From Octopus sinensis (taxonomy: Eukaryota), in assembly GCF_006345805.1 (NCBI RefSeq), contig NC_043011.1, forward strand, positions 58,540,464-58,604,463: 64,000 nt of DNA. Direction: 5' to 3'. Both the position numbers and the translations under genes were made by a program. Shown piece after piece: positions 52,215 to 64,000 of this stretch (position 1 is its first letter; each line of letters starts with the position of its first letter). Under the pieces are notes generated by a model. It ran no database searches. It saw only the letters and a list, made by a program, of their open reading frames with translations, and was not told where the DNA came from.

Positions 52215-52240
52215 GTATATGTATGTATATATATATAGAA

Positions 52241-52374
52241 TACTTAATTTATCGACCCCGAAAGGATGAAAGGCAAAGTCGACCTCGACAGAATTTGAAC
52301 TCACAACGTAGCGACAGACGAAATACAGCTACGCATTTCGCCCTGCGTGCTAACGTTTCTGCCAGCTTGCCGCC
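52241..52374 (-). mobile_element. SINE family A, truncated at a (TA)n array
   Basis: Head and core only. Confidence 0.9.
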
Positions 52375-55280
52375 TTACTTAAAATCTGAGCCTAACGTTC
52401 CTGTTGTAGGTTTGAAAATCTTATGATCTTACAAACCATAGAAGGTATGAAGAACTGTATTTATATATTCCTGCTACACTACCAATTAAAATATAGTTTG
52501 AACTTCATATCATCATTAATAAAATTCCAATTATGAACACATAATTATTTCTAATTCTTGTCAGAATATTAAAATCTTTATGGAAGATAACTGTCAATTA
52601 CATCAACTCCAGTATTCAACGTTTTTTTTCCCCTTTTTGGACCCGATTCATGAAAAACAAAATCTACCTCAGTGGCATTTGAACCAGAAGGTAAAGAGTA
52701 GGCGAAAAACGGCTAAGAATTGTTCCTTGGCGCTCATGATTCTGTCAGCTCGAAGTAATAAGGAGGAGCTGCAAAGCTGAACTGAAAACACGAGTCTAGG
52801 AGTTAAGCCGTTCGGTTCACGGTCACAATGTCACGGTCATAATGTCACGTGATGTCTTCGGGAAAGGCACTTTATTTCACGTTGTTGTAATAAACCCAAT
52901 TGTCAATAAGTGCCAATACATTTGGTATTGCGAGTCTCTTCTCACAGTCGCATCCTTGATATTCTGCTTCAGTGGCGGTTCGTAGATAAAAATAGTAGGT
53001 GTGGCGTTTCAGAGAATTTTTACTTGTTTTAATATCGTGCAAAAGGAAACAAACATATAAAAAGAAAATGTATACATTAGCTTGATCGGTTCGTGCTTCA
53101 GCAACTGCCGCGGGTAGTGCGTTCAATTTGTTCACTGAACACCTCCTTGTTTTCCAAAATTCCCCCGTAAATCATAATATAAGTGGAGGGGGGATCTTCC
53201 CAATTTTTATAATCCTGGCTCGAAGCAGGATAATAATCTAATTTTACACTTTATCACATTCAAGTATATAACCCCGTTTTTAAGCACAACACACGCGGAG
53301 GCAAAAAAAGAAACAATACCTTTCACCAGTACAGCAGGGCCGACATTGTGTGAAACACAGTGCTCTCTCTCACTTGCGTGAAGCTTCCTATCTCGGAAAG
53401 ATGAGCATGCGCACAACAGCCAAACACCACGTCGCTGGAACTGTGAAGCGCACAGTGATATACAAGGATCTTTGCATTTTTTCATAAACTAGGGGATGGC
53501 TACTTACATTAAGCTTAAGGATTATATAATGTACAAATATAAAGAAGAAATTAAAGAAAAAAAAGACTCATTATATTTAATGTTATCGATAATATCGAGT
53601 GGAACTAAGGGTGCTGCAGTTCCACAGTGCCTATGCACGAATCGCAACTGTTGTGCTTATACATTATGCCAAATATAGGTGACACACGAAAAATGCGTTT
53701 AAAAACAAAAACAAAAAAAACTGATTTTTAACTCTGGACAACAAAGTAGTCTCTAATATCTACAAAGAGAATCCTGTGCTGGAAATGGTGACGTGAACAG
53801 AAGTGAATTAGTTTGGTTTTTACGATGAATTTAACAGTCTAAAGTAAAGCTGGATGTGAGGTAGTCTTTAGCTTTGGATGGGTTTGGCGGTTAAAGAACA
53901 TCATTTTCGTGAAGAGAACTAGATAACAATTGCAAACATTTTATAGACTAATATTCAACTAGAAACACCAACATTACTTACACTGAATTCTCATCTTTCT
54001 GAATAGCAAAATATTGGAGGGATGAAGTGATAAAGAAGTGAATGTTTACGAAGTTGGGTAGAAGGATGTAGAGGAATGATGATTGAATTTTAATGGCAGA
54101 TATAATGATGTAGAGAGGAAGAAAGCTGTGGACTGTAAAAGCTGTGGACTGAGTAAGAAGTGGTTGACGCGCAAGAATTTAAGGGAAAATTGCTTTGTAA
54201 TTAAGGCGATCCCTTTGGCACCACACGCTTCCGGGTAAAGTTCGGAATTATGAACACACAGACACACACAGAGACAAACACATACACATACGTATGCCTA
54301 GCACGCGCATACATTCATGCATGTGTATATGATATGTATGTGTGTATATATGTTTATGGATTTGTAGTGGAGCGAGTATTTGGATACAATTTTAGGAGGT
54401 GCTTCCCCAACATCAAAGTGCAGCTTAACTATTCCATAACAGGAGATCGATAACTTAAATACAAGGCAGATATATTAAGGACGCCTGGTCAATATGTTCG
54501 ATCAACTGGACACAATTAAAGGCAAAATACCGAAATCAATGAAGGAATCGACTAAGAATCCCTTTAAAGAAGAGTCTCCAAGGACACAGGTGAAAGTATG
54601 ACCTCATTTATAGAATATCAGAATAGAAGAATTACATTACAGCAGATTTAGTATGCTCAAAAGCCGCTCCAATTTATACTGGCATTACAATTTTCTTCTC
54701 TGTCTTTAAACTATGTACATTAACGGAGAACTACAACTGGAGAACTCGAATCAATTGAAGTAAACGGTTGAAATATTCTCAGAGCACATACCAATAAAAC
54801 TAAACGTTAGGTATTTATTTAAGCCATCACATAAGATCCAACAAAATTACTTGGAAGGAAAAAAATAAGGCGATCGAGAAATAAGCATTTTGAATAGGCC
54901 GCTATTTTCACATTCATATGAGATGTTATAATCGTCCGTTCATCTCAATCTTATTTGGTTTTGGTTTTCGTTCTTTAAGTTAATAAACTGCAACCATGCT
55001 GGGCCAACGCTTGAAAGAGCTCAGTCATTCAAATCGAGTTGTTTATTATTTGTTCAAAATATATGCATATTTGTTACATGTCTGTTACTTCTTCTGTCGG
55101 CCCCGTATGGCGTACGGCTACATTAGGGGCATAAGCATATCGAAATCTGTTGTCAAATGAAATGGTGGGAGGAACAAGAACAAGCACACTGCTACACATA
55201 CTCACGAATATACACCTCCCCTGTGTATATATATATGTTTATATATATATATATCTTTATATATATATATATATATATAC

Positions 55281-55500
55281 AAACCTTTCAAAATGTAAAC
55301 ACATGTTGATTGTTGCCGAATTTTTTCTCTGTCTTCTATTTCTCTTGGACTTTCCTCTGCTTCTTGTTTCTGAAGAGGAGCATTGCTGGAAACGTAAAAC
55401 TCCCTTTCCTTCCTTGAGCGTCTTTTAATACCTTGCACGTACCACGTCTTTGCATTGTTGTTTTTTCCTCTTCTGGTTTTTCTTGTTCTGTTTTTACAAT
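55281..55500 (+). mobile_element. P1 mini-element with HHR-like core (55370-55422)
   Basis: CTGAAGA-G-GAGC att GCTG-GAAACGT-(22 nt)-GCGTC; flanks homologous to the reverse complement of 4498-4706; between (TA) and (TC/CA) arrays. Confidence 0.7.
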
Positions 55501-55512
55501 TATCTATCTCTC

Positions 55513-55592
<80 letters not shown>

Positions 55593-55974
55593 CCATATGT
55601 GTATCTTTATCTATCTATCTATCTACATATATATATATATAGGAAAGGAAAACATGATAATAAGGTAGAATGCTAAACTGAAAACAAATTTTAGTATACA
55701 TGGGTGTAAGAAAAATTTAAAAAGGAAATCCTTGCAAGGCAAATTTTCAAGATGAGGAGGGGAGGGGAAAACTTTTTCATTTGGGGAAGGGGAAAGAAAT
55801 TCCATAATGCTTTTTTCAAAATAATAATAATGAATATATATACACAAATTAATAAATAAGTATAACAATACATTATACTATCTTTATGCTTTTAAAGTTG
55901 AATATTATTGCAAGGAAAAACTTCTTTGGAAGATTAGGATGATTGTGTTTTGGTGTAGTGTTGAGAAGGTTGGA

Positions 55975-56294
55975 TGTTTATGTCCCAAGTCGAGGACCAT
56001 GCACTGCAATGGTTTCGGATTCAAGGGCCCACAGCTATTTAACACCTTGCCAAAACATCCCAGGGATCATTATAGGGTAGGGTTAGATGTTTTCAAGAAC
56101 TGACTTGACATCCTGCTATCCAAAACAGTAGATGAAGAAATATTAAGGCAAGAAACTCAAAAAAGCGGAGTAGTGTCAAATTGCATCCTTCACCAAAAGC
56201 CGATCATATAGAATTGACCAATGGAAAGGTGATTACACTGGCGGTGCCCCAGTATGGCTACAGCCTTAGGGCTGAAATGTGTAAAAGCATAAAA
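55975..56294 (+). mobile_element. CR1-group LINE 3' fragment sharing its tail with SINE B
   Basis: RTMHCNGFGFKGPQLFNTLPKHPRD...LDVFKN*LDILLSKTVDE...SNCILHQ; ends ggcggtgccccagtatggctacagcc...gctgaaa...taaaag. Confidence 0.72.
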
Positions 56295-57299
56295 TAATAA
56301 AGAATATATATAACTATATATGTATACATATGTATATGTATATATATATATATATATCCATATATATATATATATATATATATAAAGATATACATACATA
56401 CATATATACGTATATCTTGAGAGAGAGAGATGTATATGCATAAAAACACACGTAAAATGAAGCAAGAGAAAAAAAATAGGAAGAAGAGAGAAAGAGGAAG
56501 TGGAAGAGAGAGAGAGAGAGGGGTGAGAGAGGGAGAGAAAGAAAGGATCGACTGACATTTAATTTTATTAACTCTTTCGTTACTAATGATCTCTGCGACT
56601 TGTTTTCCTCTTCTTCTATTTACATTGAAATCGTTTCGTGGAAACATTATGCCACATTAAGCAGCAAGATTTTAAACACTAAATGTTTGCATGACTAACT
56701 GCTCAGAATAATGACCAATTAGTAAATTGGGTTTTAAAGCAGAAAGTACAAAAGGAGCATTCAGCAACTGATTTTTTCTAGACGTAGACGTCTTTATTAA
56801 TGATGTGTCCATTTATTTGTCTGGTTTGAAGCAATACAAACGAAGGAAAATGTTGTTTGTTACTCAAGGCTATCGTTCATTGTTCTTTTGTTTTCACTCG
56901 TTTCGGTGATATACTTCTTAAAGAAAAAACTTTTTCTTCATAAATATCAAACTGTTGTTTTCGTTTTTGTGCTTCCTGTTTTCCTATAAATTGGCATTAT
57001 TTAGATATGAAAATGTTCATTCCTGCTTCAATAGACTGTTACAAATTAGTAGAAGTAGAGACGTGTCCTCACACAAGACAGGTAACTACCTTTAAGCAGT
57101 GAATCGACTTGTAGATAATAAAAACAAATCTCCACGGAATTATTCACTCCACACATTAAAATAGATTTATATGGATATCGTAGTAATGTATATACAAATA
57201 AGTTAATCGTGTTTAGAATATGTTATCTTGTAGATCAGGTCAATCGAGTCTCGATATTGTTCAAGAGTGCAACGATAACTATAAATCTATAAATCTAAA

Positions 57300-57530
57300 G
57301 GCGGCGAGCTGGCAGAAACGTTAGCATGCCGGGCGAAATGCGTAGCCGTATTTCGTCTGCCGTTACGTTCCGAGTTCAAATTCCGCCGAGGTCGACTTTG
57401 ACTTTCATCCTTTCGGGGTCGATAAATAAATTACCAGTTTCGCACTGGGCTCGATGTAGTTGACTTAATCCCTTTGTCTGTCTTTGTTTGTCCCCTCTAT
57501 GTTTAGCCCATTGTGGGCAATAAAGAAATA
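57300..57530 (+). mobile_element. SINE family A
   Basis: Matches 2212-2442. Confidence 0.93.
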
Positions 57531-59052
57531 TATAAAGCTAGAAAGGTATACAGAGATCTGTAGCGTGTTTCACGAGCTTCTATTCACACGCATTTTAGCC
57601 TACCATGTTAGAAAGGGAACTGAGTGGCTGATGTAGTCAAAGATGATGCTTTCCCTGTGTTTTAACGATTCTGTCATATTGTTTAGATGTAATGTAATTG
57701 GAGGCTTTTCCAGTTTAAAGACTCATGGGACTTCTTTAGTTTCAGTCGGCTGAGATTCAATAATAATTCAAGTAGGGTTTCATATCTAATATAAAAATTT
57801 CGAAATTCACTAATGATGCTAAAACGTTCATATTTTGGAAGCTTGGGACGAAAATATATACGAAATACAATCCTGACAAATGTTTAAGTAGTTAATAATT
57901 GTGTGGTGCTAACAGCCAGAATATAATGTAATGTTTAATCCAAATTTTCACATCTTGCCAAGAGTCCAAAGACACATGGACAGTAAAAACAAACAAGAAA
58001 TACTTGGGATATTTGTTCACTGGATGACGATTGATTTCCACATCACATTGTATTTCATGCCGTTCTATGAGCTATCGATTCGAAATAATACACATTGTCA
58101 TCCATATTCTTTTTAACATCATGCTTGTAATGTTAGATTAAATTCTATGCTGCCAAACAAATCACTTTGTAAACAACGCACTAAGGTGTTATTGCAATAT
58201 TTAAACCATGTTATTTCCGGAATAATTGTGACGCGAATTAACTGATGAATGTTAGGAAGAAGACATGTTCATAAAGAGATTCTGGACAAAAATATGAAAA
58301 CCGTTGCACGTTGTTTGTTCCGTTAATTCATTGACAATTCCCGGATATTTGAAGACACAGTAAAGTTTATTTCGATGCAACAGAAGCGATAGTTATTATT
58401 GCTTACCAAATGCTTCTTTATTTTTCTACATAAATCGTCTGATTTACAAACAAGAACCTTCATTCACAAACCTCTGTATTACGAAAACACCTTTAGGAAA
58501 ACCGACGAAGTAAAATCTAGATGAATAATGAGGAAGCTTAGAGAGTTCGACGAGACCTCTTCTCTTATACAAATGATTCTATTTTTGATGTAGATTTAAA
58601 TATTTGGGTTAATTAGGAAAGTTACCGTTGATCTAAATATTTCTCGTCTCCTATCAATCTATATATATATATATATACAAAGTGGGACAGCAAAATATCC
58701 AGATAGACGATACAAAGAATCCAAGGACGGCTCATTTGGAGTTTTCTTCCCTCAAACGCATCGACTTATAATCGTGGAAACAGACGTATGTTTGCACAGT
58801 ATACACCTACTCGCACGCACATGCGCACACATACGAGGTCCGTGCTACAGGCTTTTACGAAGAAATAAACTCGTTATAACAACAAACCGTAACACACGCA
58901 TACTACAGCCACATCCAAACGTGCACATAGACACAGACACACACACACACATACACTCTCTCACACACACAGACACATGTATTTATATATATATATATGT
59001 GTGTATGTTACTGACATAAACCGCACCATAGGCACTTCAACACACATATATG

Positions 59053-59279
59053 TTTCTTTACTACCCACGGGGCTAAACACAGAGGGGACAAACAAGGACA
59101 GACAACCGAATTAAGTCGATTACATCGACCCCAGTGCGTAACTGGTACTTAATTTATCGACCCCGAAAGGATGAAAGGCAAAGTCGACCTTGGTGGAATT
59201 TGAACTCAGAACGTAACGGCAGACGAAATACGGCTACGCATTTCGCCCGGCGTGCTAACGTTTCTGCCAGCTCGCCGCC
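59053..59279 (-). mobile_element. SINE family A
   Basis: Reverse complement of 57300-57530 type. Confidence 0.93.
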
Positions 59280-60234
59280 CATTACACACACTTATACATC
59301 TTCATACTACTCTACATATGTGAGTGTGTGTGTGTATCTCACTCTCTCTCTCTCTCTCTCAATGTGTGCTTGTGTGCGCATGTACGTGTTATTGTTTGAC
59401 TTTACGCATACATATTTCTCTTTTATTGTAGTTCCTGTTTACTGTGTCTCCCCAGTGAGAATAACGAAATGGCTCAATTGAATTACTCGTATATATACGG
59501 ACAGAATATATCTCAAGAATTAGTGTTGCGCACACATAAAAGAATACGAGAAACAACTAACTTTATGTGTTTGGTGTTGTTTTATAACTACAGGCTAAAC
59601 ATACATCAATATAAAAATTATTTTCAATGTCGATATTATCATTGACTTGCATATATATATAGAGTTACCAGATTTATTTCATCGCGCCATAATTCGCAGA
59701 GAGAATAAAATTATTTTTAACCCTTGACCATGGGATTGAGGTTAACTCAGATCTCAGTGGCATATTCTGTCTCTGTACCGTAACCACGTGGCGTTTTTAT
59801 TTACAGACATTACATATTAAACTTCGAAATATGTACTTATAAGAAAAATCCCATGAGTTGATTTACAGAATTGATCCCCCCCCCTCTTCTATCATAATTA
59901 CGTGCAATCTAAATAGTAATGCTGGTAAAAGTGAATTTAAAAAAATCTGTCTGTAAACTAAATGGATAATATTTCTCCTGCTAAGAATTCGTCTCTGGGA
60001 TTTCGATCCAGCCAAGAAACTATTCACCACGTTATAATTACACACGCGGAAATAAAGGAGCTACATCAGATGGTTCAAATCGCAGTTGTACTTTTTTAAA
60101 GCGTCCGCCCCCTACCGTCTTAAAGGTGACAGTGAAAACATCATAGGTTCAGATATATATTCATAAATGCTGAGACAAAAACGGTGCTTGTTAAAACGCT
60201 TTTGATCACAGGTTTATACGATCAACACACGCAC

Positions 60235-60265
<31 letters not shown>

Positions 60266-60317
60266 TGTATGTGAGTGTGTATGTATGTATATATGTATGT
60301 ATAATAATAATAATAAT

Positions 60318-60727
60318 GAAATTATTGTATACAGTGCTCAGGTGCACCACAACTTGTCAAAAAGTGCATTTAAAGCATATGCACTAATGTACAAATGTCT
60401 GGGAAGCGAACAGTGTATGAGTCAGATATATGCTTGCGTGTGTATGGAGAGAAGAAAATCAGGTGTAGTGTTGGCGAATCTCAGGAAGCATGGAGGTTTT
60501 GAAGGATGCAGTGCTCCGACAACTAACAACTGATGCCGTCAGTCTGTTCCATGTTTCAGCAACTCTTGGCGTGAAAAAATGTTTCCGAAAGTCATGGGAG
60601 CAGTGCTATTTTCTGACTTTGTAAACATGTCCATGGGTGTTAGACAGGTGAAGTTTGAAAAGGTGCTCAGAGTTATTGTTTGTAAGATGGTTAATAATTT
60701 TATGGGTGTCTGCCAAGTCAGCTGCCA
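60318..60727 (-). mobile_element. CR1-clade LINE 3' fragment with (ATT)n tail
   Basis: AADLADTHKII...[47 protein letters not shown], a typical CR1 ORF2 C-terminus. Confidence 0.85.
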
Positions 60728-61229
60728 TACATGTATGTGTGTATGAATGTATGTATGTGTATATATGTGTATAAACAACCGCATCACGACAAAGACCCAA
60801 AACAGCAAGAGAAACTGCGCCTGAAAACTAACCTTTCAGACAGCAATAGGATTTTCATAACTGCAAAGTATTTATCAAGGGCCAGACTAATTTTTTCTTT
60901 TTTCTCAAAAGTGATATTGAAGTAACTTCGACAACCGTATACACATCATATTTCTCATGAAGAAATCAAGTTGTGGATCAACGAGTGTCTTCTAAGTAAA
61001 AGTATACCTTTATTAAATCATTATTTCATGGGCCGTATTTGTATGATTTTATATTTCATACCTTATCTGTTTCCACCATCAACTGAATTGTGCACTGCTG
61101 ATGTTGTTCTTGCTTACCGCCATGGCATTCCCATCGAACCCATATGGGACCCAGATGCCACGCATACCCGACTATGAATTTTTGGATCGCTAGAACCCAA
61201 ACTATTTATAAATCCTTTTTGGGTAGCTA

Positions 61230-61490
61230 GCAGATCAAGGAGTCTCTGTAGCTTCGAACACTAATTGTTTGCATTGAAAGGGCGGAGCTCCGATACTGTC
61301 GACATGCGATTAGCGTATCACAAGAAACAATAGCTAAATAGCTTCTAAAAGTAGAGACAACAGGCAGGAGACCCACAGGTACACCAAGAGCGAGATAGCT
61401 AGATAATACCCGTCGTTTCATGTATTATCGCTTGGGAATCAAATCGGAAAGTTTAATGAGGATAGCTTCTGTTAGGCAAATATGGTGGAG
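61230..61490 (+). mobile_element. RTE-clade LINE C-terminal remnant
   Basis: IERAELRYCRHAISVSQETIAK*LLKVETTGRRPTGTPRAR*LDN, a decayed LRWxGH...GRRPRGRPRxRWxD motif. Confidence 0.7.
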
Positions 61491-62262
61491 GGGAAACCCA
61501 AGACACGTCTGCTGAGATATTCGGCTGTGACTTGCGCAGCGAATCATTCTGTGACAGCAAAGATTTGATAGCAATATGATCTGCTACGGTTCGCACTATC
61601 TCAATGTGTGTATGCATGTAACCGAGGCCACATATCAACCAGTATTACCACCGAAACTCTGAGCATGACTCCTTGATCGGAACCAGCTCAACCCATCACG
61701 GGTAAATGCCGCCGCATATACAGGCACAAATAAGTATTGAGGAGGTGTCTGAGACATTACCCACACAACACTCTTAGGAATAGAGGGCGGAGAAAATAGA
61801 TGGATGGATGGTTGAGATTGAAGGTAAGGTTGGCTTCGATATGTACAACGTGGTATAAAACTAAATATGCATTCGATATTTGTGGGATTGATTCAAGATA
61901 GAATATGCTCTGCAGACTGTGATTCCCATGATATGGAATGGTAATATTGAGCAGTTTCAGTGAATAATCCTAAGATATTCTATTTTCTGTTTTCTCAATA
62001 ATAACGCTATTATGTTTTGTAGAAACATCCTTGATATTATAAGTCCGCCATTGTCGTCGGACAAAAAGCTTTCACGTGTCTATTTTTTCCTTGCTTACTT
62101 AGACAATTGCTTAAACTGAAATATAATCCAGATCAACGATTCTAGAATAACAAGGAATCTAAGAATTATTGAAGAAATATTTATGACAATGGAACTGATT
62201 CAAGGGAAAGAGAATACAAAGAAATGTGTGTGGGTGTGTATATATTCACACACACACATACA

Positions 62263-62300
<38 letters not shown>

Positions 62301-62385
62301 CACACACATATATATAACTATATATATATGTATATATGTATATGCATGTATATGTATATATATGCATGGGAATGCATGTATATAT

Positions 62386-62431
<46 letters not shown>

Positions 62432-63384
62432 TACACACACGCACAAACATACACACTCACACGCACACACACACACACACATACATATATATATTTATAT
62501 CTAGGTGTATACACACTCATTCAGAATGTATACCTTTGCGGGATTGGCAGAAATGGCGATAGAAAGATGGAAACACACACATTGTGAGGGAATGGGAGTG
62601 ATTCGAGTGTAAAACAGAAATAAGTAGATGTGTGTCCTTGTATTCTAATATTTATATCTTCCGATTTTTTGAACGTACAATACAATAATCCTGTTAAATA
62701 AAATTCCCATCCGTATTAAAGAGAACGAACTCTTTTTCATGATATTTCTATTGTTCACCAATGTAAGTATATACGGAGTAGCTTTCTATTTACTCCGACA
62801 TATGCATAGTACTTCCCAATATTGTAAGAGCAGTTCTGTAAAATGCTTTATTGTGCGATTTATATGTATATTATAGAAGCATGGAACTAAATACGGTGCT
62901 ATTTTTAATCTCTTTTTCTCTACTCCCTATCAGCGTAATGTCAGGCGATATTTATTGGAATCGGACGACACTCCTACGTTGCAGCTTCCAGTAATACTTC
63001 GTTGTATATTCATAGAGGAAACGAGTTCAAGTCAAGTGATAGATTGCCTATTATTGCACTTTATTTAGTGATTACCTGATTGCTTCCGAAGTGATAAAGA
63101 GTAACGATAATCCTAGAGAAATTTCAGCTTGTGTCTTAAAAGTTATGAAGAGAAATACTGAAATACCTGTCTGAATTAGTAACGCATCTGATTTCCGAAT
63201 GAAAGGGAAAAACAAAATAGCTCATAGAAATGTAGAAATAATCATCATTTATTCAATAATGAATGTAATATTTAAATATGTTGATAAGCCTAATTTATCG
63301 TTCCCTTTTCTGTTGATATATTTTTATTGATGGAGAAACACATATTATTTGCTTATTTCATGTAATATTAGTTTCATACTACGG

Positions 63385-63482
63385 AGCAAGGCTGACAATT
63401 TTAGGGAAGATGGAGAGAAGTGGATTACATCAATCCCAGTTCTCAAATGGAACTTATATCAGTGACCCCGAAAGGATGAAAC
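63385..63482 (-). mobile_element. SINE family A core fragment
   Basis: gattacatcaatcccagt...gaccccgaaaggatgaaa. Confidence 0.6.
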
Positions 63483-63722
63483 TTTAATTCTCCCGAATAT
63501 TCATTTACAAACGCATTTTCAAATCTTCATTAGTCTTTGAATCATAAGTGAAAACTGTACTCACGTACTTTACTTCAGATGTGCCTCTCGAAGACTGCCA
63601 TTTAATGAATTCCTTACGAGAAGGAAACAACAGTGACACCTCTGTCATCGGTTTCCATCTATTTCGTTGTTATCCGTACATGATGTTACGTGACACCGAT
63701 TAATATCCCATGCAATATATAA

Positions 63723-63945
63723 GGCGTCAACCAGGCAAAATTGGTAGCACCCCGAGCAAAATGCTGCTAAGCATTTTCTCTGTCTTTACGTTCAGAGCTC
63801 AAATTCCGTAGATGTCAACTTTGCCTTTCATCCTTTCGGGGGTCAGTGATATAAGTTCCAGTTGAGAACTGGGTTTGATGTAATCGAATTCTTCCCATCT
63901 TCCCTAAAATCGACAGCCTTGTTCCGAAACTTGAAACTAATATTA
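63723..63945 (+). mobile_element. Older SINE family A copy
   Basis: ctttgcctttcatcctttcgggg core with diverged head and tail. Confidence 0.78.
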
Positions 63946-64000
63946 CACGAATTAAGCAAATAATATGTCTTTCTCCATCAATAAACAAACAAAGACAGCG

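Overview
This is AT-rich, microsatellite-dense animal genomic DNA, intergenic or intronic, with one 100-N gap. I found no host protein-coding exon, rRNA, true tRNA or CRISPR array. The SINE repertoire and repeat density resemble an Octopus (coleoid cephalopod) genome; that is my inference, not verified. Almost all ORF-track entries are microsatellite or antisense-SINE artefacts. Supported content: three tRNA-derived SINE families (A, including dimers; B, with an internal (TA)/(TG) array; C), decayed 3' LINE fragments (two R4/Dong-like, one HERO-like, two CR1-group, one RTE), two Tc1 remnants, and a nested cluster of non-autonomous Helitrons. The most interesting signal is a set of small (about 100-220 bp) elements in (TA)n/(CA)n arrays carrying hammerhead-ribozyme (HHR)-like cores. 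Four share one architecture and two are fold-back hairpins, one a perfect 65-bp inverted repeat. They resemble Penelope-like pseudo-LTR or retrozyme-type miniatures. A further HHR-like fold lies at the 3' end of a HERO-like LINE inserted into a SINE. All alignments, translations and folds were done by eye.
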